Positions 25,714 through 36,350 of a DNA stretch of 64,000 bases are shown here, piece after piece. The position numbers and the translations under genes are program-made. Each line of letters begins with the position of its first letter. The first letter of the stretch is position 1. The notes under the pieces were generated by a model. The model saw only the letters and a list, made by a program, of their open reading frames with translations. It was not told where the DNA came from and ran no database searches. Where the stretch lies: contig NC_057719.1 of assembly GCF_004010195.1 (NCBI RefSeq), forward strand, positions 73,832,928 to 73,896,927, written 5' to 3'. The stretch comes from Chiloscyllium plagiosum (lineage: Eukaryota).

Positions 25714-26590
25714 TGTTTTAAAAAATTCTCAAGGTCAAGGACCAGGCTCGCAGGAAAGTAGTCTGACACAGAACAAACAGCCAAGAGGCGAGTCTGCTAG
25801 AATATAAGTGTTTTATTCCCCGCAGTGTCACCACAACCAGTCTCGTACTTACAACGGGTCTGGTTTATACTCACTCTACACGTTACCCGAACTGGGAGCC
25901 GTCAGTTCTCGTAGAGCGGTTGCCAACAACCCACGCTCGGCGGTTAAACGCAACCCCGGAGCAGACTCCCGGGTCTGGCTTATACTCACTCTACATGTTA
26001 CCGGAACTGGGAGCCGTCAGTTCTCGTAGAGCGGTTGCCAACAACCCACGCTCGGCGGTTAAACGTAACCCCGGAGCAGACTCCCGGGTCTGGCTTATAC
26101 TCACTCTACATGTTACCGGAACTGGGAGCCGTCAGTTCTCGTAGAGCGGTTGCCAACAACCCACGCTCGGCGGTTAAACGTAACCCCGGAGCAGACTCCC
26201 GGGTCTGGCTTATACTCACTCTACATGTTACCGGAACTGGGAGCCGTCAGTTCTCGTAGAGCGGTTGCCAACAACCCACGCTCGGCGGTTAAACGTAACC
26301 CCGGAGCAGACTCCCGGGTCTGGCTTATACTCACTCTACATGTTACCGGAACTGGGAGCCGTCAGTTCTCGTAGAGCGGTTGCCAACAACCCACGCTCGG
26401 CGGTTAAACGTAACCCCGGAGCAGACTCACCAAACTGGAGACTTTTCCAGCTGATATACTCTTTTCCAGATATAAACATTCATGTGAACAGCAGAGCAAG
26501 GCTAAAAAACACATTCCATTCTGGTTACATACAGATAAGAAGATTCACACGGGGAGGTGTGTAATAAGATTCACACGGAACTAAGCAACA
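25714..26590 (-). mobile_element. Solo LTR (ERV- or Gypsy-type, family unknown) carrying an internal tandem array
   Basis: Termini TGTT...AACA. On the minus strand, TATATC boxes near 26455-26475 and AATAAA (plus TTTATT at 25812-25817). Direct repeat AAGATTCACACGG at 26540 and 26566. Confidence 0.75.
25856..26428. repeat. Tandem array, 115-bp unit x5 (last unit 113 bp)
   Basis: Units start at 25856, 25971, 26086, 26201 and 26316. Units 2-5 are identical; unit 1 differs at 4 positions. Confidence 0.98.
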
Positions 26591-29439
26591 CCTCTGTTTC
26601 CTCAACCTTATGTAAGCCCCCTTCTTCCTCTTTACAAGACATTCAATCTCCCTCATCAACCAAGGTTCCCTCACACGACCATCTCTTTCCTGCCTGACAG
26701 GTACATACATATCAAGGACACGTCGTATCTGTTCCTTGAAAAAGTTCCACATTTCCACGACATCCTTCCCTGACAGCCTGTGCTCCCAATTTACGCTCCT
26801 CCGATCCTGTCTTACAGCATCGTATTTACCCTTCCCCCAATTGAAAACCTGCCCTGTTGCACGCACCTCTCTCTCTCCATAACCAAGGTGAAAGTCACAG
26901 AATTGTGGTCACCATCACCAAAATGTTCACCCACTAACAAGCCCATCACTTGTCCCAGTTCGTTACCATGTACCAAATCCAATATGGCCTCCCCTCTGGT
27001 CGGGCAATCTACATACTGAGTTATAAAAGCTTCCTGTACACACTGCACAAACACCGCCCCATCCAATCTATTTGATCTAAAGAGCTTCCAATCAATGTTT
27101 GGGAAATTGAAATCACCCATGACTACTACCCTGTGGCTTCTGCACCTTTCCAAAATCTGTTTCCCAATCTGTTTCTCCACATCTCTGCTGCTATTGGGGG
27201 GCCTATAGTAAACACCCAACAAGGTGACTGCACCTTTCCTATTTCTGACTTCAGCCCATACTACCTCCAAAGGCAGATCCCCCTCGAACTGCCTTTCTGC
27301 AGCCGTTATACCATTAACGCAACCCTACTATTAAAAAGAATGGATGTAGAGAGAAAACAGGGAATTGTGGATTAGTGAGTCTGATGCTGATAATGGGGAA
27401 TATACTAGAGTCCATTATCAAGGATTTTATAACAGAGTGCTTAGAGTCAAGCACTGATAGAGTCAAATACAGTCGGCATGGATTTACAAAAGGAAAACCA
27501 TGTTTAACAAATCTGGTGGAATTCTTCAAGGATATAACGAGTAGAGTTAATCAGGAGAGCCAGCAGATGTGGTTTATTTGGATGTTTAGAAGGCTTTCAA
27601 CAAAGTAAGAAGTTAATGTGTAAAATTCAAGAGCATGGAATTGGGAGGTAGTGTATTGAAATGGATAGAAAATTGATTATCAGACAGGAAACAAAGAGTA
27701 GGAATAAGGTGGTGTTTTCCTGAATGGCAGGCAGTGATTAAGGTGGTACTGCAGGACCCCAGTTTTTCACAATATATGTTAATGGCTTAGATGAGGGAAC
27801 TAAATGTAATATCTCAAAGTTTGCAGATCAGACAAAGCCGGGAGGAAAGGTGAGCTGTGAGGAGGATGCAGGGACATTGTGCTTTGGACAGGCTGAGTGA
27901 GTGGGCAAGTGCATGGTAGATGCAGTATAATGTGGATAAATGTGAGGTTATCCACTTAAGTAGCAAAAATTGGAGGGCAGGGTATTTGGCTGTAAACTGA
28001 GAGAGTTCAATGAGACCAGGATATACTCATAAACTAGTAAGCGTGCAGGTGCAACAGGCAGTAAAGAAGTTAAACTGTATGTTGGAGTTCCGAACGAGAA
28101 GATTCAAGTACAGGGATGAGGACGTGTTGCTGCAGTTAAACAGGGCATTGGTGAGACCACACCTGGAATATTGTGTCTAATTTTGGTCTGCTTACCTGAG
28201 AAAGGATGTTCTTGTGATAGAGGGAGTGCAGCAAAGGTTTACTAAGTTGATTCCTATATAGTGATGACAGGATTAGGGTTCAGAGTGTTGAGCTTGATGC
28301 TTGATTAGCCATGGTCTTATTGAATGGCGGAGCAGGCTTCGGTGGTTGCATGGCCTACTCCTGCTCCTACCTTCTATGTTGCTATGTATAATGTGACACA
28401 ACTAACGTTTCATTTGTAACGTTTCGTTTGGGACTATCAATGCAAATCAGTGATGATTGGAATGGAATTAATTAATTAATTAATACGTTATTGAGTTCAA
28501 CCCTTCAGTCACCAAAAGGGAACAGCAAAGACATTAGTACCTTCTGACACTTTAAAATCTGGAGTTTGGCGGATTTATAACAAACAGAATGCTAATTATG
28601 GGTAACAGATCTCATGGCAGGGCACAACGTGACAGTTTTTAGCAATAATCCAAAGAAAGATTTATCAAGATTTAAGCTACTTGGGCAGAGCCAGAGCAGA
28701 TTCCATGTCCTTTGCAATGAAATGCTTTGCCTAAATGTGTTCCTTCAGTTAGGTGTCATTGACTAGTCAGAACTGCAATGGCATGAACATAATGAGGATG
28801 GCTGGTTAAAAACTGCAGAGTTTTCTTACAGATTTTATCATCTTGAAACTTACCAAAGCTAAGGATGGATGAGCAATTTGAAAGGCAAGAACATGCACTT
28901 GATCCAAGTTCTCATCGAACTGTTTAACTGGCAATCTCGTGAGAAGGAAGAAACAAACATCTAAATTTGGTGTGGAGATAAAGTATGAAGTTATGTCCCT
29001 CAGAGATTCAGATTGGAACCTTTAAGATAAGGGTGAATTCTTGCGAATGCCTTCTTCACTTGGAAGTGACATTTCCTGAGTTTTGTTTATTTGGAATATA
29101 AACTATGGAGATGATTGCTTTCATGGGATGGAGACTATTTTGTGGGGCAGCTAAAAATATGTTATCATCTAAAAGAAGAGCAGCAAACATTTACTTCTTG
29201 TAAACAACTATTCACTTTAGAAACTCTGTTCTCAGGATGTGGGCAATCCTTGAACAAGCCACATTTTTATTGATAATCTCTCGTTGCAACATTTCCAGCC
29301 GCCTTGTTCAACTATCGGAATGCTGATACTGATAATGCTTCCGTGATGGTATTACTTCAGCAACTCCAAGTACTTAACCCAGGTAGAGTGAAGGAAGGCA
29401 GGATGGTGTGGAGGAGATGTAATTGCTCTGCTTACAGAA

Positions 29440-29880
29440 TGATGAATTATAGAATGGTTACGGCACAAAATGAGACCAATCAACCTCTTGTGTTCATGCT
29501 CACTCTCTGCAAGAGCAGCTGAGCTGGTCCCACTCACCTATCACTTTTTTTTCTCCCCACAGTAGTTCAGGTACTCTTTATTTTTCAGGTAATAGTCCAG
29601 TTCTGCTTTAGCAGTCATAATTGAATCTGCCTCCGCCAGACTCTCAGGCTGGATCCGAACAACTCACTGTAAAGGGAAGCATTCTTCTTGTCATCTTGGT
29701 TTCTTCTGCCATTTGCCATTCCTTATGAAGGGATTATGTCCGAAATGTCGATTCTCCTGCTCCTCGGATGCTGCCTGACCGGCTGTGTTTTTCCAGCGCC
29801 ACCCTTTTCGCCTTAAATCAGTGTCTTTTGCTTTTAGACCCTCCAGCCAACTTGAGCAGTTTCTCGCTATCAACTCTGTC
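29440..29880 (-). mobile_element. Old CR1 3' fragment containing a Penelope-derived piece (about 29715-29810, +)
   Basis: Reversed CR1-like tail; insert CCTTATGAAGGG...CCGAAATGTCGATTCTCCTGCTCCTCGGATGCTGCCTGACC matches the 20 kb element. Confidence 0.55.
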
Positions 29881-30504
29881 TTGAAGCCTCAGGGTCTAGG
29901 GTTTACCCCTCCCCAGATGTGATGGGGTTGTAGTAGGAAGAGCAAACAATCAGATGGGCCACACCAGGGTCTAAGATCTCAGATGCACTGCCTGAGAGTC
30001 TGATGGAGGCATTCAAAACAGAATTGTTTCATTAACCAAGATGGAGAATACTTGCAGTACATGGTGCTACTCTGTCATTTGCCCAGATCCTGATTTGGGT
30101 TGGTATAAGTTGCTTCATTATGAGAAGAATTGTGAATGCAGTTTCACACTGCAAGCTGACACATGCCTTGCGTCAAATATGAATGAATCAATACTCGGTA
30201 TGCTAACCTTTTCTGCGGAAAGTCTGTTTCATTGTCCTAGCCCTGTGATGCTTGATCTCTAACAACTATAATCAAGTTGAAAATTTCTCCACAGACATTT
30301 CCTGGCTGCTTTTAAATTCTAGAAGTATTTGGCTTCTGTTTCAAATGAGCAGAAACCATCAAAGCTTTTCACACATCAAATAATGCAATGGAAAGGAATG
30401 GGATTACAATGCCACTTCAAACCGTTGAAATCTTTCCCACCCAATGTCAGCCAAGATATGGAACCAATAAATATTGGAGTGAGTTCTTTCTTAAATGAAC
30501 CCAG

Positions 30505-30700
30505 AGAATGTTGAAGAAACTTAGCAGGTCTGGCAGCATCTTTGGAGAGAGAAGCAGCGATCCTTCTTGAGGGTCATACTGGATTCAACATTAACTCTGC
30601 TTCTCTCTCCACAAATGCTGCTAATCCTGCTGTGTTCCTCCAGCTTTCTGTTGTTTTTTCCAAATTTCAATCATCTGGAATATCTTGCTTTTATTTAAGT
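30505..30700. mobile_element. Palindromic Penelope-derived short element (related copies at 7060-7250, 19350-19470, 57655-57755)
   Basis: Inverted arms GCAGCATCTTTGGAGAGAGAAGCAG and CTGCTTCTCTCTCCACAAATGCTGC. Confidence 0.65.
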
Positions 30701-30958
30701 TCTTTCTTAATTGGCAATAGCTGTTAATAATAAAGCAGTTGGTTAGCTTTAGAAAGAGAAGCGGAGGCCAGACTGAAATTAATAGCTGGCAATGCTACCA
30801 AATCGGAATGAGGCGGTTGTGCATTGCCTTTCAAATAGTTTGAGGCGTGGGGAAGCTTATGTTCACGAATGAGAGATAGTCCATCCACTGACTCTGAGGA
30901 GACAGAATTTGTCCATGTACAACTTACAATATGCATTAGAACACCCCCATTTAATAGT

Positions 30959-31262
30959 GGGCGGCACAGTGGCACAGTGGTTAGCTCTGCTGCCTCACAG
31001 CGCCAGAGACCCGGGTTCAGTTTCCACCTCAGGCAACTCTCTGTGTGGAGTTTGCACATTCCCCCCATGTCTGCATGGGTTTCCTCCGGGTGCTCCTGTT
31101 TCCTCCCACAGTCCAAAAAAATGTGCAGGTTAGGTGAATTGGCCATGCTAAATTGCCCTGTAGTGTTAGGTGTAGGGGAATTGGTCTGGGTGGTTTACGC
31201 TTCGGTGGGTCGGTGTGGACTTGTTAGGCCGAAGGGCCTATTTCCACACTGTAAGTAATCTC
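30959..31262 (+). mobile_element. HE1-type V-SINE (a separate 3' fragment lies at 31470-31576)
   Basis: GGCGGCACAGTGGCACAGTGGTTAGC head, V-core and CCACACTGTAAGTAATC tail. Confidence 0.92.
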
Positions 31263-32099
31263 AGTATAAGCTTCTAACCATGTTCTTGGGTCCTACATGG
31301 AATGATTGAAATAGCATGGTCTCAAGCTTACAAATAGGTAAATGTATTGAGTAAAGTAGTGCAGATATTACTTTTCGTACATCTTGTATCAATGTATTTT
31401 CCAGATTAATTTATTTACAAATTGAAATTATTGCCCATTGTATTTGGCGCATTAGTCAGGGATAAATATTAGGAAATGGGTCTGGGTGGGTTACTCTTCG
31501 GAGGGTCGGTGTGGACTTGTTGGGTCGAAGGGCCTGTTTCCACACTGTAGGGAATCTAATCTAATCTAATCTAATCAAATCAATACGATATCGAAAATAG
31601 GACAAAACACAAACCATGTTAAGCAGAATTTGGCCAGCAGGGATTGCTTTTCCCCTCATTTTGTTGTGCATAGTGTGGATATTGTTTAGAATCTGATACC
31701 CATAGGACTATTTAACAAGCAGTCTGTCACACATTATGACAATGTGATGTTTTTGTGGTGGTGTGAATTTCTAGTTAGGTTCAGATAATTTCAGAACTAA
31801 CGCTAATTAACCAGGAGAATGATTTAAACTGTCCCTCTTTTTTCATGAGGCCTGAGTGATATGGGTTTTGGAGAAGACCGCAGCAAGGTCCATCACAATC
31901 ACCTCCTCCTTCCATCTTTTACACTTGCACATGATGGCCGTGACAAGATGTCCAATTGACAGGAATGAACACCTTGTTAACGCCACAATCAATCTCATCA
32001 AAATTCAGCCTCCCATCTCATCAAACCCAATAACCAAGCTTGACATTGGGAAAACTCAAAAGGGAAACCTGTCAGTGTCCCCGGCAGATTTAGCTTGCC

Positions 32100-34960
32100 A
32101 ATTGCTCTGAACAATTACCAAGTTGCCTCTGGCCAAACTGCAACTCATAGCATCATCAATGGGCATATGCATGTCTTCTCCATGGACACTGGCATCCAGC
32201 ATTTGCTAACCCATTGTACACTAGCACTGCGCATTGGAAGTATTGCAGGGCGCACTAGCAACTAGCATTGAAAATCTGCAGTGTGGGACACTTTGCACAA
32301 AAGTAAAAGCACCCAGTTTGTAGATTGCACCAAGCTGCATCCCATGACTGCTCATTTGATCTCCTCATATTCATTGCGTAGTGCAACCCTGTCTTGCCAT
32401 GCCTATTAGCATGCCTTTCACAAAGTCCATGGAGGCGTTCATCAGTCAGGGGGTCTAAGCTCAGTAATTCAAGGGCAGCCTTCCCCACAAATCTAGGGAA
32501 TTGACCATGGTCCAGCATTGTATCAGGGTGTTTGAGGTCAGGAGGTATATGTCTCTTCAACCTAGCAAGTGGGCCATGCTCACTCTGTAGACTCCACAGT
32601 GGCAACTCTGGAGGTGAGGGCTAATACTATCTGGGAAATGTGTCGACATTAGTTAGAGTCTGGGCCTGTCTTGCCCGGGGCTGATCTGGTTATGTTGTTT
32701 GGGACACTGGAACCAAGGGGAATTGAGGACAGGGCTGCAATGGGTAAGTGCAACCATTGCCATGGGTCTGGGCATCAACAATTTAACCCTTGGGGCTGGG
32801 GGCTGTGGATAAGGATGTTGTTACAACTGTGAATTAAAGTTAACATCGGGAACATTCATGCCTGAACTGGGCACGTTGCAAGCCTTTTTGACCCATGCCA
32901 CCACCAAAGTGCCCTCAATGTTTCCTTTCTCCTGTCAGTGTGTTGCCAGACTCAGGAGACGGGGTGGAAGCTGTGGACCCTGAAGGTGGTTGGTGTGATC
33001 CTGGGGTACATTTCCCCAGACAGGCCACACATGCCCTGAGTTTCTCACCGGAGGCAAGCTGTCACTCCTCAGCTGCAACTTCCAAATGTCAGAGAGGGGA
33101 GACAGGGTGGGAGCCACCTCTCCGTTCTTCTGTGTGAAAAGAGCAAAAAGGGCCCGTTTCTGGTCCCAACTCCATCTGGGTGGCCCCTGGGGCCCGATGC
33201 TGTCTCCTTATGAGGAAGGGTCACCTGGAGTGGACTCAAGGCTCTGTGCTGCCCTGTCGGTCCTGAGGACCAGTGGCAGGGAGATGGAGTGCAGGTGATT
33301 GCACCACCCTGCAGCGCATGAGGGAGCAGGGCCCATGTCTCCATGGCAGCCACCAACTTTTCCGTGGAGACAGACAGATGATTGATGGCTTAAGAAGTCT
33401 GGGTCCTGATAGTATAGCTGCTCCCAGAGCTTCTTGGCCATGAGGCCCATTTCCTCTCAAGTACCTGACTGCTGCCCCAACTCCTCCCTGTGCATGGGGA
33501 TGTAGTCTCTGGTTGTTGACCAGAGGTCCTTTCCTGCCTAGGACCTGGGCAGGTGCGTGGTGGATGGCAGTCCTCCGAGAGCCAGTGGCCCAGGCTGTTC
33601 CTTCCTTGGCCAACAGGGAGGTGCTCACCAGATTGTGTACTCTCATTCACCATCACAACGGTCCCACCCAGGAGTCTGTTCCTGGGCTGATGGGTGTGTA
33701 GGAGGCAGCCTTAGCAATGCTTCTTCCGAGGGCTCAATGATTTCATCAGTTATCAACAATCAGGCTTTTGGGGAGCTGGACGTTTCCCTGCAAGGGTCAT
33801 GGGGAGTCTTACAGAACCTGCAAGGCAACCGAGAGAGAAGGCATTGTGGCTAGTGGTTAGAGATCGTCTCCTGCAAAGGCTCAGATTCTCCTTCCATACA
33901 GCATGAGAACACTGATGTCAGGCATCCACACCCACAGCCCACTACCCCATACAGCCGCTCTCCATCCTGTTCTGGGCAGGCTTCTGTAATGAGAAAAAGG
34001 AAGGTGATGACAGTGAGTGACAGGGCTCTCAGTGCTGGTCAGTTGACTGGACAGTTGGTTTTACAAAGCAATGGGTTCAATGCCCGATCACTGGCTGAGG
34101 TTACCATGAGGGACTCTCCTTCTGAACCTCTCCCATCCTCTCAGTATGGTGGCCCTCAGGTTAAAACACTAACAGTCATCTCTCTCTCTTTTTCTCTATC
34201 TGTCTCTCTCTCTCTCTCTCCCCCTTATAGCAGCCCTATGGTCGGGTAAGACTAATGGTAACTTGACCCATAGTGGCAAGATGTGCCAAAGCACTGAGGA
34301 GGCAGTGCAAAAGGCATGCAATGAATAATGGTGAGTGATGAAAGATATTGCATGCAGTAGTGACAGACCATGAGCTTTGGTGTGGGGTGGTCAGTGATAG
34401 ACAATGAAGTGGCAGAGAGAACAGCGTGCCGCACTTACCCTGGCAGAGCAGTCAAGGACTTTCTGCTTTGCTGCCCATTCCAACACTTCCTGGAGAGAGC
34501 ACTGGCTCTGGGCAGCGACCTTACACCAGGCCCGCAGGGTCTGGTAGTGCAGCCTTTTCTGCCAAACCTCCAGGAAGAAGGCATATCTCCTCTGGACCAG
34601 CCCATCCTCCAGAATCTTTAGCAGCCTGTTGGACAATCCAGCTTCCCTTTCTCTGACATGCTCAGGCTCCATACTTGACCAAGTGGGACAGCTTTGGAAT
34701 ACCAGTGCTCATGCAGGTGTGTAAAGTCTTTTAAAGTTAGCGTGAATGGATAAGTGCCAGTTTTTTAGCGGGATTGTTGTGGGAAGGGTACCTGGTTAGA
34801 TTGGGTGGATATGAGAGACACCGTAGGGGCACAGTTGGTAAGTAACGAGATGAGGTTGGTAAGATAGCACAAGAAATCTTGGATGCGAATTGTAGTGGAG
34901 AAACCTTCCAAACAAAAACTCAGTAATTCAGACTTAACCGAAATAATATAAGATTCAGCA
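32100..34960 (-). mobile_element. Decayed PIF/Harbinger-type element encoding a Myb/SANT-like protein (left boundary uncertain)
   Basis: GC-richer block. ORF 34672-34391 (LKILEDGLVQRRYAFF...RAWCKVAA...W...KVLD.SAR) resembles a Myb/SANT-like domain. Donor GTAAGT at 34438-34433; pyrimidine-rich CAG acceptors at 33984 and 33818. No transposase recognised. Confidence 0.6.
34025..34265 (+). mobile_element. tRNA-derived SINE with internal (TC)n, inside the Myb-gene intron (related reversed piece at 62945-63075)
   Basis: Head with GGGTTCAATGCC B-box-like motif; body CCCTCAGGTTAAA...GCAGCCCTATGGTC. Confidence 0.55.
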
Positions 34961-35179
34961 AGGGAGGCTTAACAGATTTCAGTAATGAGCAAGTGAGATA
35001 GCAATTGTTCCATTTTGTTACTTAACTTTATGGCTCAACATTTGGAAAATGTTTAAACAATCTGTGCACTGTTTGTCACACCACATATGTTTGCATTTTA
35101 AATAACCTATTTCAGTTACCATAAAGTTATTTAACCAAACAATGTTTCTGAAAAAAATCAGCCTTAAATTTTAGTTTAG

Positions 35180-36350
35180 AACTTTGAGAAGGTGACCAAA
35201 CAGGTGGATGAGGGTAAAGCCATTGATGTGGTGTATATGGATTTCAGTAAGGCATTTGATAACATTCCCCATGGTAGGCTACTGCACAAAATACAGAGAC
35301 ATGGAATTGAGGGCGAATTAGTGGTTTAGATCAGGTATTGACTAGCTGGAAGAAGACAGAGGGTGGTGGTTGATGGGAAATGTTCATTCTGGAGTTCAGT
35401 TAGTAGTGGTGTACTGCAAGGATTTGTTTTGGGTCCACTGCTGTTTGTCATTTTTATAAATGACCTAAATGAGGGCGTAGAAGGATGGGTTGGTAAATTT
35501 GTGGACGACACTAAGGTCGCTACAGTTGTGGATAGTGCCGAAGGATGTTGTAGGTTATAGAGAGACATAGATAAGCTGCAGAGCTGGGCTGAGAGGTGGC
35601 AAATGGAGTTTAATGCAGAAATGTGTGAGGTGATTTACTTTGGAAAGAATAACAGGAATGCAAAGTACTGGGTGAATGGGAAGATTCTAGCTAGTGTAGA
35701 TGTGCAGAGAGATCTTGGTGTCCATATACATCGATTCTTCAAAGTTGCCCCCAGGTTGATAGGGCTATTAAGAAGGCATATAGTGTGTTAGCATTTATTA
35801 GTAGAGGGATTGAGTTTCAGAACCATGAGGTCATGCTGCAGTTGTATAAAACTCTGGTGCAGCCGCACTTGGAATATTGTGTACAGTTCTGGTCACCGCA
35901 TTATAGGAAGGACGTGGAAAGGGTTTAGAGATGATTTACTAGGATATTACCTGGTCCGGAGGGAAAGTCTTATGAGGAAAGGTTGAGGGACTTGAGGCTG
36001 TTTTTGTTAGAAAGAAGAAGGTAGAGAGGTGACTTAATTGAGACATTTAAGGTTTTCAGAGGGTTGGATCGGGTGGACAGTGAGAGCCTTTTTCCTAGGA
36101 TGGTGATGGCTAGCTTCAAATTGAGGGGCGATAGATATAAGACAGATGTCAGAGGTAGTTTCTTTACTCAGAGAGTAGTAGGGGCATGGAACGCACTGCC
36201 TGCAACACCAACCTTATGGGCATTTAAATGGTCATTGGATAGACAGATGGACAAGAATGGAATGGTGTAGGTTAGATGGGCTTCAGATTGGTTTCACAGG
36301 TCAGCACATCGAGGGCCGAAGGGCGTGTACTGCACTGTAATGTTCTATGT
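35180..36350 (+). mobile_element. CR1 LINE, RT to 3' tail
   Basis: DVVYMDFSKAFD, SGVLQGFVLGPLLFVIFINDL, KFVDDTK, FFTQRVVGAWNALP; tail TGTTCTATGT. Confidence 0.93.

Larger units (their letters stand above)
25291..27313 (-). mobile_element. Younger CR1 LINE: endonuclease part (26591-27313) and C-terminus/tail (25291-25713); RT region absent
   Basis: LGVYYRPPN...VVVMGDFNFPNIDW...PTRGEAILDLV...GDGDHN; LYRILVRPHLEYCVQFWSPH; (AGAACAT)n tail. Confidence 0.92.
24870..28385 (+). mobile_element. Old CR1 LINE split at 25290/27314 by a younger minus-strand CR1
   Basis: KSPGPD region near 25160. GGTGGTTA|ACGCAACCC rejoins across the insertion, then HGFTKGKPCLTNLVEFF and SKFAD follow. Tail near 28380. 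Confidence 0.85.

Noticed and set aside
25856..26428. CRISPR array, or a repeated gene (ORFs MPTTHARR...)
   Set aside because: Units are contiguous with no unique spacers, there are no cas genes and the context is eukaryotic. The ORFs are by-products of a 115-bp period.
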